Assembly: GCA_963750165.1 (NCBI GenBank)
Contig: CAVVPN010000011.1
Coordinates: 64,001 to 128,000 of the forward strand
Reading direction: 5' to 3'
Length of the DNA: 64,000 bases
From: an uncultured Gemmataceae bacterium
Lineage (GTDB): Bacteria > Planctomycetota > Planctomycetia > Gemmatales > Gemmataceae
Shown here: one piece after another, positions 24,721-34,737 of the stretch
How positions within the stretch are numbered: the first letter of the stretch is position 1
How the letters are laid out: every line of letters starts with the position of its first letter
The notes under the pieces: generated by a model
Seen by the model: only the letters and a program-made list of their open reading frames with translations
The model's database searches: none
Told to the model about the DNA's origin: nothing
Made by a program: the position numbers and the translations under genes

Positions 24721-25980
24721 CTACTGTCGCGGCCCCGTCAGCGCCGGCGGCAGCACCCCTGGCGCCGGCCCCAACTCCATGCCTGGCGTCAGCGTCGGTG
24801 GCACCGCGCCGATCTGCGCGCCCGGCCGCGGTTGCTCCGGCGGTGCCCTGCGATTCAATTCGGCCTCCAATCGGTCCTTCTGTTCCTTGGCCTTCTGGGC
24901 GTACTTGGTGCCCGGGTAGCGGCGCATCACAATCTCGTAGTAGAAGTACGCCGAGGCCGGATGGCCCTGGCGGCGGTAGAACTCCGCGAAGCCCCAATCC
25001 TTGTCCGCCTGCTGCAGCGAGATCGACGCCAGCTGGTTGGTGAAGAACTCCTTGCGCTCGTTGGCCAACTTGGGGAACGACGCCTGGGCCAGATTGATTA
25101 GCTCGCGCGCCTCGGCGACCTTGCGGCCATCGTACTCCGAGCCGCCGGTGGCCATCTGCTTGCAGATGATCGACAGCTCCAGCGCCTCCTCGGCGTGCTC
25201 GCTGCGCGGGTAGTTCTTGACGATCTCGTAGAAGTAATGGTCCGCCGCCGTCCAGTCCTCGCGGTAGAAGCGGACGCTGCCAACCAGGAAATACGCCTTG
25301 TCGCCCAGCGGTCCGCCCGGGTCGGTGATGTGGACCTGCTCCAGGTAGCGCAGCGCATGGCCCTCCATGTCGGTTAGCGGTTTGGTCTTCTCGAAATGCA
25401 TGAAGTTGCCCACCTGGTACAGCACGCGCTGGATGTCGTCGCTCTTGAACTTGGTCATCTCTACACGGGTGCTGTCGAGCCAGTAGTTGGCGATGTCGTA
25501 CAGGTGCCGCCGGGCCAGGTTGCCGAAGCGCGTTGAGGGGAAGGCGTTCAACAGCTTGATGTAGGTGTCGCCGGCGTTGGGATACTCGCCCAGCAGGCGC
25601 AGACAGTCGGCCTCATAGTAACACGCCTCCTCGGCGATCTGCGCCGGCGCCTTGGTGTTGTTGGCGATGCCGGCGAAGATCGGCCGGGCCTCGGCGTACT
25701 TGGCCTGATCGTACAGCTGGCGGGCGCCGGCCAGTTCAGTGGTCAGGGGACCGTCGATGGCGTGCGGGTCACGTTCCAGCTGGTCGCCGCGCAACACGAA
25801 GCTGTCGGTCGGGCCGGGCGGCGGCGGTGGTTTGGGACGGTTGAAGACGTTCCAGTTCGCGGGCCAACTGACGCAGCCGGCGGCGCAGGTCAGGGCGAAG
25901 TAGGCCACGACCGCCGCCCCCAGCGCGCGCAGGCAGCGGTGGGGCAGCATCGGCACACGCACGGCTTGGGTGGAACGCAT
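24721..25980 (-). CDS. bamD: Outer-membrane assembly factor BamD-like TPR lipoprotein
   Basis: Lipobox AAGC, TPR repeats (Y..LL..FP, Y.EIV..YP), AEFYRR...SAYFYY. Confidence 0.8.
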   Translation of the reverse strand: MRSTQAVRVPMLPHRCLRALGAAVVAYFALTCAAGCVSWPANWNVFNRPKPPPPPGPTDSFVLRGDQLERDPHAIDGPLTTELAGARQLYDQAKYAEARPIFAGIANNTKAPAQIAEEACYYEADCLRLLGEYPNAGDTYIKLLNAFPSTRFGNLARRHLYDIANYWLDSTRVEMTKFKSDDIQRVLYQVGNFMHFEKTKPLTDMEGHALRYLEQVHITDPGGPLGDKAYFLVGSVRFYREDWTAADHYFYEIVKNYPRSEHAEEALELSIICKQMATGGSEYDGRKVAEARELINLAQASFPKLANERKEFFTNQLASISLQQADKDWGFAEFYRRQGHPASAYFYYEIVMRRYPGTKYAQKAKEQKDRLEAELNRRAPPEQPRPGAQIGAVPPTLTPGMELGPAPGVLPPALTGPRQ

Positions 25981-25990
25981 CCCCACGACC

Positions 25991-26725
25991 TCAACTCCCC
26001 AGGTAAGGCAACAGGCGCGGCCGGCGCCCCATCAAGTAGGTCACGTACTGGTTCAGAACCTGCCGCACCTCGGCGCGGGCTTCCGGGCCGAGCGACCGCC
26101 AACCGTCGCCGGGCGCGTCCAGAACGCACAGCGCTTGCCAGCACGCCGTGGTGATCGGCCGATGGTCGCGCTGGCCGGGTGCGCATGCCGGGCACAGCAC
26201 CCCGCCCGCCGCCGGGCTGAACGCCTCGGCGCGGCCCGGCGCCTGGCCGCACAGGGCGCAACCGGTCAGGCTGGGCGCGTAGCCCAGCTCCCGCAACAGC
26301 ACGCACTCGAACCGCGCCAGCCGCGGCCCGGTGGGGACATCGGGCTCCCCGAGGGCCGCCAGCGTCGCCAGTGTCTCATCGAACAGGACCGGGTGAGGGT
26401 CGTAATCGCCGCTCCAATCCGCCAGCAGTTCCGCCATGTAGTAGGCCGCGTACAGGGCCGTCAGGTCGCTGCGCAACCGCGGGAAGCGCCGCACCACCTG
26501 TGCCTCCGTGAGCAGATCGAGGCCCCCGGAGGATTTGCGGAGCAGCCCTATACTGCAAACACTGAGCAGATCAAGGCCAAGTTCAAAGGGCGAACGCGGC
26601 CGCCGACCACCCTTGGCCAGGGCACGCACCTTGCCGAACTCGCGCGTCCAGAGCGTGGCGATGCGGCTGGTCTCACTGAAGTCCGTCGTGCGCAACACCA
26701 CCGCCAGGGCTGTTTCCGCCGCCAT
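25991..26725 (-). CDS. recO: DNA repair protein RecO
   Basis: VLRTTDFSETSRIATLWTREFGKVRALAKG, CALCG...GGVLCPAC zinc finger. Confidence 0.93.
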   Translation of the reverse strand: MAAETALAVVLRTTDFSETSRIATLWTREFGKVRALAKGGRRPRSPFELGLDLLSVCSIGLLRKSSGGLDLLTEAQVVRRFPRLRSDLTALYAAYYMAELLADWSGDYDPHPVLFDETLATLAALGEPDVPTGPRLARFECVLLRELGYAPSLTGCALCGQAPGRAEAFSPAAGGVLCPACAPGQRDHRPITTACWQALCVLDAPGDGWRSLGPEARAEVRQVLNQYVTYLMGRRPRLLPYLGS

Positions 26726-26762
26726 AACTGTTAGTCCTTCATGATCGTTCAGGTGGTTGACT

Positions 26763-26823
26763 GTGAGGGGGTGAGAGGGTGAAGGGGTGACAAAAACCTC
26801 GTTCACCCCTTCACTCCCTCATC
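26763..26823. repeat. Inverted octamer tandem array (GTGARRGG)n...(CCCTTCAC)n
   Basis: 3-4 units plus 2-3 inverted units; contains the ybeY stop. Confidence 0.8.
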
Positions 26824-27261
26824 TTCGGCGATGTCCGGCAGCCCCAACTCGCGCAGATAGTGCCGCTCACGTGCGCGCATGGCCTTCGCCGCCTCGGGCG
26901 ATTTGTCGTCGTGGCCGCAGAGGTGCAGCAGTCCGTGGATGACGTAGAGCGCCAGTTCCGCGTGCACGTCATGACCGCGGGCCTGGGCCTGGGCCAGCGC
27001 CACCTCGGCGCCGATGACCAGTTCGCCGCTGAGCTTTTTGGCGCCGGGTTCGCTCATCGGGAAGCTGAGCACGTCGGTCGGCTCGTCGTGGTCGAGGTAG
27101 CGCTTGTTCAGGGTGTGGATGGTCGGGTTGTCCACGAAGGCCAGGCTGATTTCCGCGTCGGCGACGCCCTCGCCGTCGAGGACGGCGCGGGCCAGCTGGC
27201 GCAGCGCGGTGCGGTCGATGGGGACGGTTTCTTGTGGACTGGCAATGGCAATGCGGCCCAT
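26803..27261 (-). CDS. ybeY: rRNA maturation endoribonuclease YbeY
   Basis: LNKRYL.HDEPTDVLSFP, HGLLHLCGHDD. Confidence 0.93.
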   Translation of the reverse strand: MGRIAIASPQETVPIDRTALRQLARAVLDGEGVADAEISLAFVDNPTIHTLNKRYLDHDEPTDVLSFPMSEPGAKKLSGELVIGAEVALAQAQARGHDVHAELALYVIHGLLHLCGHDDKSPEAAKAMRARERHYLRELGLPDIAEDEGVKG

Positions 27262-27378
27262 GATGGTGGCTTCCTCACGAGGTCCGGTGGAAGATTCCTC
27301 GCCCATTATGCGGCAACCGCCCCGAAACTGACAAGCGCGGTTGCGCCGCGGTGCGCCTCCGAGCGGCAGACAGACGGG

Positions 27379-28428
27379 CTATGGCATCCCCGCGCACCGC
27401 GTGATGGCGTCGATGGCCCACTGCGCCGCGTCGCGCACCAGCGGTTCGGGGTCGGCCAGCGCCCGCCGCAGCGCTGGCAGCGCCCGCGCGTCACCGCGGT
27501 TGCCGAGCACCACCGCCGCGTTGCGCAGCAGCCCACATCGTTTGGCCCGTGTCAACGCCGTGCCGTGAAACCGCCGGCGAAACTCCTCCTCCGACAGCCC
27601 CAGCAACTCCACCGCATCCAGCGCCTCCGCACCCGGCGGGCCAAGCAACTCCAGGTCGCCGCCGGCCGGCGCCTTGCGGTTCCACGGACACACTTCCTGG
27701 CACACGTCGCAGCCGAACAGCCAGTCGCCCACACCGGGCCGCAATTCCTCCGGGATCGGGCCGCGCAGCTCGATTGTTAAATAACTGATGCAGCGCCGGG
27801 CGTCGAGCCGATAGGGACCAGGAAACGCCGCCGTCGGGCAGGCGTCCAGGCAGGCGGTGCAGCTGCCGCAGTGCCGCGTTGCAAACGCCTCGTCGGGCTG
27901 CAATTCCACGTCCAGCAACAGCGCCCCGAGAAAGAAATAACTGCCCAGCGTTTTGTGGAGCAGCATGGTGTTCTTGCCGAACCAGCCCAGCCCAGCGCGA
28001 CGGGCGAAGTCGCGCTCCAGCAGTGGCGCGGTGTCCACGACGACGCGGCCGCGGCAGTCGGGACGCTCCGCGCGCACCCAGTCGAGCAGCGCCAGCAGGT
28101 GGCGGCGCAGCACGTCATGGTAATCCGCCCCGCGTGCATAGCGGGCCACACGCCCCCCCGAATCCGCCGCTTGCGGCTCAGTGCTCTCCGCCGCCGGCTT
28201 GTAACTGCGGCCGACCATGACCACGCTGCGCACCTCTGGCAGCACGGACTGCGGCCGGCGGTGGGCGTCCGCGTGGCGGTGCAAATACGCCATCTCGCCG
28301 GCGCAGCCCTCGTCGAGCCAGGCGCGAAAGGCGTCGAAGGTGTCGGCGGGCGTGGCGGCGGCGATGCCGGCCAGCTCGAAGCCGAGCCGCCGGGCCTGCT
28401 GCTTCAGACGCTGTTCCAGCGTGTCCAT
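27379..28428 (-). CDS. queG: tRNA epoxyqueuosine reductase
   Basis: VARYARGADYH, VDTAPLLER, CGSCTACLDACPT, CISYLTIE, FGCDVCQEVCPWN. Confidence 0.96.
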   Translation of the reverse strand: MDTLEQRLKQQARRLGFELAGIAAATPADTFDAFRAWLDEGCAGEMAYLHRHADAHRRPQSVLPEVRSVVMVGRSYKPAAESTEPQAADSGGRVARYARGADYHDVLRRHLLALLDWVRAERPDCRGRVVVDTAPLLERDFARRAGLGWFGKNTMLLHKTLGSYFFLGALLLDVELQPDEAFATRHCGSCTACLDACPTAAFPGPYRLDARRCISYLTIELRGPIPEELRPGVGDWLFGCDVCQEVCPWNRKAPAGGDLELLGPPGAEALDAVELLGLSEEEFRRRFHGTALTRAKRCGLLRNAAVVLGNRGDARALPALRRALADPEPLVRDAAQWAIDAITRCAGMP

Positions 28429-28682
28429 GCGTGCATTCTACCGAGACCGCCCCCGGGTTGAATCGTGGCGGACGTCGAATAGCGGCACCGGTTTCGCAGT
28501 CAAAGAGAAGGTTGTGACGAATCGAGGAAGGTTGGCGGCAGACGCTTGCACTGTCCGGCGGCCGTTTATACAACGGGACTGATCTCTTCCCAAAGTGTGC
28601 GTTGGGCGCGGATCCCGGGCGTGGGAAGGGTTGGCGGGCCTGCGCTGTGGCAGGCCGGGTTGTTTTTTCTTGGGGGCTGAGC

Positions 28683-29057
28683 ATGAAGATTTTTGTGGCG
28701 GCATTCTGCACCGTGGCCTCGCTGGCCATCCTGGCGGGCGTGGGCACGTCCGCGGTCGGCGGCGGCAAGTACACCATCAAGGAGATCATGGCGAAGGCGC
28801 ACAAGGGCGGCAAGAAGTCGCTGCTGTTCAAAATCGCCGCCGGCATGGGCGAGAAGAAGGACGCCGAGCAGCTGCTCGACCTGTACCAGGAGCTGGCCAA
28901 GAACAAGCCGCCGCAGGGCGAGGCCGCCAGCTGGAAGAAGAAGACCGACGCGATGGTCGCGGCCGCCAAGGAAGTGGTGGCGGGCAAGGAAGGCTCCGGT
29001 AAGAAATTGCAAATGTCGGTCAACTGCATGGGCTGCCACTCGGTCCACAAGGGCTAA
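28683..29057 (+). CDS. Small secreted c-type cytochrome (C-terminal CxxCH, cytochrome c'-like)
   Basis: Signal peptide, helical Lys-rich body, NCMGCHSVHKG at the C-terminus. Confidence 0.8.
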   Translation: MKIFVAAFCTVASLAILAGVGTSAVGGGKYTIKEIMAKAHKGGKKSLLFKIAAGMGEKKDAEQLLDLYQELAKNKPPQGEAASWKKKTDAMVAAAKEVVAGKEGSGKKLQMSVNCMGCHSVHKG

Positions 29058-29077
29058 CCACGGGCGTGACGCCAGCG

Positions 29078-29119
29078 CTCCCCGCGCCCCACCCCTGGGC
29101 GCGGGGAGTCCGCGTTTTT
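29078..29119 (+). terminator. Probable intrinsic terminator
   Basis: ctccccgcgccc / gggcgcggggag 12-bp stem followed by TTTTT. Confidence 0.6.
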
Positions 29120-29135
29120 CGGCGGAGGGTGGACC

Positions 29136-29507
29136 ATGCGGGGCCTGATTGCGACGGGTAGTGTGGCGCTGGCGCTGATCCTGCTGGCGGGCGGGGCGCC
29201 TGCGGGCGGCGGCGACAAGCCCAAATACACCATCAAGGAGATCATGAAGCAGGCGCAGACTAGCGGCCTGGCCAAAAAGGTCACCACTGGCAAGGGCAAC
29301 CAGGCGGACGCCGCGGCCCTGCTCGACTATTACAAGGAGTTGGCCAGGAATACGCCGCCGGCCGGCGACAAGCTGGAGTGGAAATTGCGCACCGACGAGC
29401 TAATTCGTGCCGCCACCGCCGCGGTCAACGGCAACGCCAACGCCGGCATGCTGCTCAAGATGACCGCCATGAACTGCAACAAATGTCACAAGGAACACAA
29501 GGGCTAG
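29136..29507 (+). CDS. Small secreted c-type cytochrome, paralog of 28683-29057
   Basis: Shared KYTIKEIM, LLD.Y.ELA.N.PP.G...W; NCNKCHKEHKG. Confidence 0.8.
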   Translation: MRGLIATGSVALALILLAGGAPAGGGDKPKYTIKEIMKQAQTSGLAKKVTTGKGNQADAAALLDYYKELARNTPPAGDKLEWKLRTDELIRAATAAVNGNANAGMLLKMTAMNCNKCHKEHKG

Positions 29508-29606
29508 AGCGGTTCGCAGTTGGGTGTAGCGGAAGTCGCCAGACTTCCGTCCGGTGCTGCTCGGAAGTCTGGCGACTTCCGCTACACCCATTCGCAATCT
29601 GCAATA
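29504..29606. mobile_element. MITE/REPIN-like element: CTAGAGCGGTTCGC end with inner REP palindrome (family D)
   Basis: Perfect 29-bp inner arms 29521-29549 / 29562-29590; left end identical over 12 nt to 33174-33185; right outer end degenerate. Confidence 0.6.
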
Positions 29607-29616
29607 AAGGTGCCCC

Positions 29617-30099
29617 ATGTTCGACGGACCCACGGTAGCCGCCGCCCTGCGTGACTGCGGCATCACCCACGTCGTCTGGATCCCCGACACCGAGCTGGGC
29701 ACCTGGGAGTCCGCGCTAACCGCGACGCCGGGGCTGACGCTGGTGCGCGTCTGCCGCGAGGGCGAAGCGTTCGCGGTCGCCGGCGGCCTGTGGCTGGGCG
29801 GCGCTCAGCCCCTCATCCTCATCCAGTGTACCGGCCTGTTCGAGGCCGGCGACGCCCTGCGCAACATCCTGCACGACCTGAAACTGCCGCTGTTCCTGGT
29901 GGTCGGCGTCCGCAGCTGGTACGCGCTGCAGCAGGGCAAGACCGCCGACACCTGCCCCGTCTTCACCGAGCCGATCCTCCAGGCCTGGCGGCTGCCATAC
30001 ACCCTGCTCGACAGCCGCCACGGTGCCGCGGACCTGGCGGCGGCCTACCGTCAGGCGCGGGCGGAGCGCCGGGCCGGCGTGGTGCTGCTGGCGGAGTGA
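29617..30099 (+). CDS. Sulfopyruvate/phosphonopyruvate decarboxylase-like alpha subunit (ComD-like)
   Basis: GITHVVWIPD, VCREGEAFAVAGG, LIQCTG TPP PYR-domain motifs. Confidence 0.8.
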   Translation: MFDGPTVAAALRDCGITHVVWIPDTELGTWESALTATPGLTLVRVCREGEAFAVAGGLWLGGAQPLILIQCTGLFEAGDALRNILHDLKLPLFLVVGVRSWYALQQGKTADTCPVFTEPILQAWRLPYTLLDSRHGAADLAAAYRQARAERRAGVVLLAE

Positions 30100-30102
30100 G
30101 CC

Positions 30103-30684
30103 ATGAATCCCATGACGCAACGTGAGGCGCTGGAAGTGCTGGCCGGGCACCGCGGCGAGCGTGTGGTCATCACCACCATGAGCGCGACCGGGCTGTGGCC
30201 GCAGCTGTCGGATTCGCCGCTGGACTTCCATTACATCCCGTCGGCGATGGGCCACGGGCCGAGCCTGGGCCTGGGGCTGGCGCTGGCGCAACCGGGCCGC
30301 GGCGTCATCGTGGTCAACGGCGACGGCTGCACGCTGATGAACCTCGGCTGCCTGGTGACGCTGGCGAACCATCCCGCGGATGTGTATCTGCTCATCATGG
30401 ACAACGGGCTGTACGAGGTGACCGGCGGCCAGCCGACGGCCGGGGCGGGCCACACGGACTTCGCCGGGCTGGCGCGGGCAGCGGGCATTGGCCGCGTGTA
30501 CGCCTTCGAGACCCTGGCAGCGTGGCGGGCGGGCGCGGCCGAGGCGCTGAGCGGGCCGGGGCCGGTGGCGGTCAGTCTGAAGGTGGAGGCCCGCTTCGGC
30601 CAGAAGACGCCGAAGCCGCCGCGGCCGATGGCGGAGCAGATCGCCCGGTTGCGGCAAGCACTGGGCGTCCGCGAGGCACCGTGA
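30103..30684 (+). CDS. TPP-binding decarboxylase beta subunit (ComE-like)
   Basis: SAMG, GDGCTLMNLG...DNGLYEVTGGQPT TPP motif. Confidence 0.85.
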   Translation: MNPMTQREALEVLAGHRGERVVITTMSATGLWPQLSDSPLDFHYIPSAMGHGPSLGLGLALAQPGRGVIVVNGDGCTLMNLGCLVTLANHPADVYLLIMDNGLYEVTGGQPTAGAGHTDFAGLARAAGIGRVYAFETLAAWRAGAAEALSGPGPVAVSLKVEARFGQKTPKPPRPMAEQIARLRQALGVREAP

Positions 30685-30696
30685 TCGGCGGGGCAA

Positions 30697-31929
30697 TCAG
30701 AACGCGAACTCGCCGCGGAAGAAGATGCCCTGCAGGTAAATATCTTCGCGCGACGGGCTGATTTCAGAGGATTTGTTGAGGTAGCCGTTCGTGCCAGTGT
30801 TGCCGACGTTCCACCAGTAATCGAACTCATAGCCGAAGCTGAAGCGCATCCAGCGGCCGCGCACCGGCGGCACGTACTCCAGGCCCAGCCGGTACGTCAA
30901 CTCCGGCACCGCCTGTGCCGAGTTGACGCGCGTCGCCGCACCGAACAGCGGCACCCCATTCGTGTACTCGTAATTCTGCTCGAACGATTGGTTGATGTCG
31001 CCGATCACCACCGCACCTTCAAGGCGGTTCAGCAGCGAGAGGCCCGGCACCCTGGGCGAGCTGTAGCGGAGATCGATCAGGCCGTGCGGGCCAGCGCCGA
31101 CGTAGTTGTTGGCCACGCGCTGCTCGATCAGACCGCCCTGCGCCTGGCTGTCGAAGTACAGCGCGGCCACGCGGACGCCGGCGCCCCAGTTGACGCTCCA
31201 GGCCGGCGCGAACAGCTGTGGGCCGCTGAAATAATCCAGATCGATCACGTTCATGTTCAGCCGGCTGCGCAGGAAGCCGGCGCCGAAGGCGTCGAAGTTG
31301 GCGATGGTGCCGGTGCCCTGGCTGACGACGGAAGCATACGTCAACTGCAGTTGGCCCATGTTGTCCGCCAGCTGGTAGCCGACGGCGATGCGCGGCGAAC
31401 CGGTCCACTCCAGCGACGCCGTCGGCAGCTGCAGCGTCTTGAACCCGTTCAGGTCATTGACCTGGCCGATCAACTGGTTCTTGACGTGCGGCCCGACCAG
31501 TCCGACTTCCAGGATGGTGTAGATGCCGGGTGGCGGCGCCAGCGGCCGCTCGTTAAAGGTCTCGCCGAGCAGCGGCGGCGCAAAGGGGCTGACGGGCGGC
31601 GGCGGGGGCGGCGGGGGCGGCGGATAGGTAAACGGAGCCGGCCCGGTCGTCAGCGGTTGCGGCGGCAGCAGCGTGGGCGTGCCCGGCGGCGGCGGGGGCG
31701 GCGGTTGTTGCACCACCGGTTGAAAACTGATCCCTGGGCGATACGTCGGCGGCGTCGGGTTCAAGCCGTTGTTCTGCACCGGCGCACCCAGGGTCGGGCC
31801 GGGGTTGCCGACGGCCACGGGCTGCGGCGGTGGCGGCGCCACCACCTGCGCGAAGGCGTCCGCGGGCTGCCAGCAGTTCAGCAGGCCCAGCACGCATACC
31901 AGCGAACGGAGATGGCGTTGGCGCGGCAT
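30697..31929 (-). CDS. Outer-membrane beta-barrel protein (Lpg1974-like) with Pro-rich N-terminal linker
   Basis: Signal peptide, poly-Pro region, SPRIAVGY, alternating beta strands, C-terminal FFRGEFAF. Confidence 0.75.
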   Translation of the reverse strand: MPRQRHLRSLVCVLGLLNCWQPADAFAQVVAPPPPQPVAVGNPGPTLGAPVQNNGLNPTPPTYRPGISFQPVVQQPPPPPPPGTPTLLPPQPLTTGPAPFTYPPPPPPPPPPVSPFAPPLLGETFNERPLAPPPGIYTILEVGLVGPHVKNQLIGQVNDLNGFKTLQLPTASLEWTGSPRIAVGYQLADNMGQLQLTYASVVSQGTGTIANFDAFGAGFLRSRLNMNVIDLDYFSGPQLFAPAWSVNWGAGVRVAALYFDSQAQGGLIEQRVANNYVGAGPHGLIDLRYSSPRVPGLSLLNRLEGAVVIGDINQSFEQNYEYTNGVPLFGAATRVNSAQAVPELTYRLGLEYVPPVRGRWMRFSFGYEFDYWWNVGNTGTNGYLNKSSEISPSREDIYLQGIFFRGEFAF

Positions 31930-32049
31930 GACGTGCCTCCCGGACATGGGAACCGATCCGACTGTCAGGCGGCCCATACGCCAGCGGGGCAGACGGCACA
32001 AGAGCATTTTGCTAAAGTTTGGCGCCGCGCCGACCGACAGGGTGGGAAC

Positions 32050-32111
32050 TGCAGATGGCAAATTGAAAGACAATGGGCTTTCTGTCCTTCAATTTGCCAT
32101 CTGCAATTTCA
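32050..32111. repeat. Inverted degenerate heptamer array (TGCAAAT-like)
   Basis: tgcagatggcaaattgaa / ttcaatttgccatctgca perfect 18-bp arms, running into the stop of the 32109 gene. Confidence 0.85.
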
Positions 32112-32546
32112 AGAAGAGGGTTCGTTCTGCGACCCGGCCTCGGCGAGCGGCGCGACGAGGTTGAGGATATTGCCGATCTGGCCCAGGCGCATGCCGTAGC
32201 GGTCCAGGAAGTCCTGCAAGATGTAATCGCTCTCGAAAGCGTCGGGGCCGTTCTGGCGCAGTTCCTCGACCAGGGCGGCGATGACGGCGCCATAGGCCCG
32301 CTCCAGGATGGGCAGCGCTTGACGGCAAGCGTCGGGCAGTTCGGGGAAGTCCTGCTTCCAGCGCGCCACCAGGGCACGCCAGCGCGCCGAGGTGTCGTGG
32401 GCGGCGGCGGTGGCCTGGAGCTGGGCCAGCTGTTCGCGCTGCACGTCCAGTAACTGGCGCACCAGGTCAGTCAATTCCGCGGGCGAGGGGGCCGGCGGCG
32501 GTGACGGCGGCGTACTGGAACCGACGTCAAACTGCGATGATTGCAT
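32109..32546 (-). CDS. Hypothetical protein
   Basis: Coding-like ORF; W...FPELP..C....PILE, DFLDRYG.RL. Confidence 0.75.
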   Translation of the reverse strand: MQSSQFDVGSSTPPSPPPAPSPAELTDLVRQLLDVQREQLAQLQATAAAHDTSARWRALVARWKQDFPELPDACRQALPILERAYGAVIAALVEELRQNGPDAFESDYILQDFLDRYGMRLGQIGNILNLVAPLAEAGSQNEPSS

Positions 32547-32654
32547 GACGGCCTCAATCGGCACGGGGGCTGCTTCGCGGTGAAGGCACTCTGTCCTCCG
32601 TTATAGCAGGACACTGCCCCGGGCGAAAGATGCCGGCTCCAGAGGTCGGTTCGT

Positions 32655-33017
32655 TTACACCAACCCGCGCAGGTCGTCATCGCTGAGCGGTTCGGCGAAC
32701 TCGCAGCCGATCATCCAGGTGCCGTCGGCGCGGTCGGTGACGTGGGCGACCCGCACCAGGAACGTGCGCACCTCCGGGCCGTCCTCCAGGGCCACGGCCA
32801 GAAAAGTGCCAAGCTGGAACGGGAAGCACAGCAGCAGACCGACGCCGCCGCGTGACACGTCCACGACGGTCGCCCCCCAGCTGATGACGCTGGCCGGGTC
32901 CAGCGGCCGCGACAGGGCCTCGCGCTCACAGGCGTATCGGACGTTGGCGCGGCGGTCAGTGGTGGGGGCCGGGGTGGGGCGGCTCGTCGCCGCGACGGGG
33001 GCAGAGGTGGGATTCAT
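32655..33017 (-). CDS. PilZ-domain protein
   Basis: RRANVR (RxxxR) and DVSRGG (DxSxxG) c-di-GMP motifs, IGCEF. Confidence 0.9.
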   Translation of the reverse strand: MNPTSAPVAATSRPTPAPTTDRRANVRYACEREALSRPLDPASVISWGATVVDVSRGGVGLLLCFPFQLGTFLAVALEDGPEVRTFLVRVAHVTDRADGTWMIGCEFAEPLSDDDLRGLV

Positions 33018-33062
33018 GGATGCCTCTTCTGGGACGATGTTTGGGACGCCACGGGCCACCTA

Positions 33063-33091
33063 AAATTAGGTCACGACCCGAAAACTGTCAA
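33063..33091 (-). promoter_or_regulatory. Sigma70-type promoter of the PilZ gene
   Basis: TTGACA-N17-TAATTT. Confidence 0.6.
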
Positions 33092-33172
33092 ATCGGTCAG
33101 CGGCGGCCGAGGACGCGCAGCAGGGCATCGCGCTGAGTGCCGGTGCAGGTGGGGGGCCTTCAGCAAATCGAC

Positions 33173-33297
33173 CAGAGCGGTTCGCGAATGACAGGCGCAC
33201 ACGACGTGGCACGGCTCTCCAGAGCCGTGCGGTTTCCACCACGGCTCTGGAGAGCCGTGCCACGATTTGTGGTGCACGCGCTTGCGAACCGCTCGAG
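33173..33297. mobile_element. MITE/REPIN-like element: GAGCGGTTCGC terminal repeats with inner REP palindrome (family E)
   Basis: Outer perfect 11-bp inverted repeat 33175-33185 / 33284-33294; inner perfect 25-bp arms 33205-33229 / 33240-33264. Confidence 0.7.
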
Positions 33298-33314
33298 AGC
33301 GCGTTGCGTTCGGG

Positions 33315-33361
33315 TGTGGCGGGTTCTTCGCCCCTTCGGGGCGAAAGACACGACCGCTACA
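33315..33361. repeat. REP-like palindrome, family G
   Basis: tgtggcgg...ttcgcccc tt cggggcgaa...ccgctaca. Confidence 0.65.
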
Positions 33362-33476
33362 GTCGTCTGCCAACCGCTCCAGTGATTGCGTCGGCAAGGG
33401 TTCGGCCAGTGCCGCCACGGTCGGGCCAGCCGAAGGACAAGGTGGAACTGCGAACAAAGACGGCGCTACCCGCTTC

Positions 33477-34737
33477 TCAGCGCTGGGCGTCCGGCAATGG
33501 GGTGCTGAGGCGGCGGACATACCAGCGGAAGAACGCTTCCAGGTTATACTCGCGCTCGCGCGACAGCGGGCCGGGTCGGTACGCGCTCGAATCGACGCCG
33601 CGCTGCGTCATCTCGCACAGCTGCCAGTCCTGCTCGGAGGTCAGTTGCCAGAACGGCAGCAACTCTTCCAGGGTGTAATCCTTCCCTTCGCGGGCGTCGC
33701 GGTCCACGAGCCAGTAAACCGTTGCCAGGGTCCGGCGCGGGCCGGCCGGCAGCAGCCGCGTCGTGACGCCGTGGTCGCAACTGGTGTGGTTCCAGAAGTT
33801 CGGCAGCGCCCGCAGTCGCAGCACACCCACGTCCGCCTCACCGGGGCCACCCAGCAGCGGGCCAATGCGGCGGCCGTCGAGCGATTCTGTCTGGTAACCG
33901 TCCGCCAGCACCGTGCGCGTGGCCGAGAACCAGGTGTCGCCCTCGGGGAACGCGGCCAGACCGCCGCCGGCGTGGGTGGCCGACCAGACGCTGTCCTGCC
34001 ACCGCGCCGCGTGCCGCGCCTGCGCCGCTTCCGCCCGCCGCCGCGGCCCCGCGCCTATGTCGGGCCCCTCGATCACGTCGAAATTCGAGCGAACATACTG
34101 CGGGTGGTTGACGTCACAATGGTAGCACTCGCGGTTGTTCTCCCACACGAGCTTCCAGTCGGCGTGAATCTCGTAGTCGATGGCGTGCGCCACCCGGGCG
34201 CGTTCGAGGTCCTGCGGCCCGGCCAGGCGGCCGAACAGCGCTGCCGCCGGCGCGAACGGCGGCGGCGACTCCGCCAGGGACACGAAGATCAGGCCAGCTG
34301 CTGTCCCGACCGCCAGCGGCCGCAGCGCCAGCGGGCCGCGGTCCAGGTCGGCGTGCATGCCGCGGCAGGCGAGTAAGGTGCCGTTGAGCGCAAAGGCCCA
34401 CTGATGGTACGGACAGACGATGGCGGCACCGACCGAGCCGGCCGGCTGCTGACACAGCACCATGCCGCGATGCGTGCAGACGTTATGGAAGGCGCGGATG
34501 ACGCCGGCGCTGTCGCGCAGCACGACCACCGGGTCGGTGTCCACGGTCAGGGTGAAGTAATCGCCGGGGCGGGCGAGCTGGCAAGTGTGGCCGGCGAACA
34601 GCCAGCCGGTGCGCCAGATGGCGGCCATTTCGGCGGCGTACACCTCGGGGGCGTGGTAAAAGCCGCGGGGCAGTCCAGAACCCTCCTGCCGGGCAGCGAG
34701 CAGTCTGTGCCAGGATACCGTCGGTCGATACGTTCAT
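33477..34737 (-). CDS. Rieske non-heme iron oxygenase alpha subunit (GbcA/Stc2-like); frameshift in first about 12 codons
   Basis: LPRGFY..PEVY, Rieske CTHRG...CPYHQW, iron site ENNRECYHC..NH, EQD. Confidence 0.88.
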
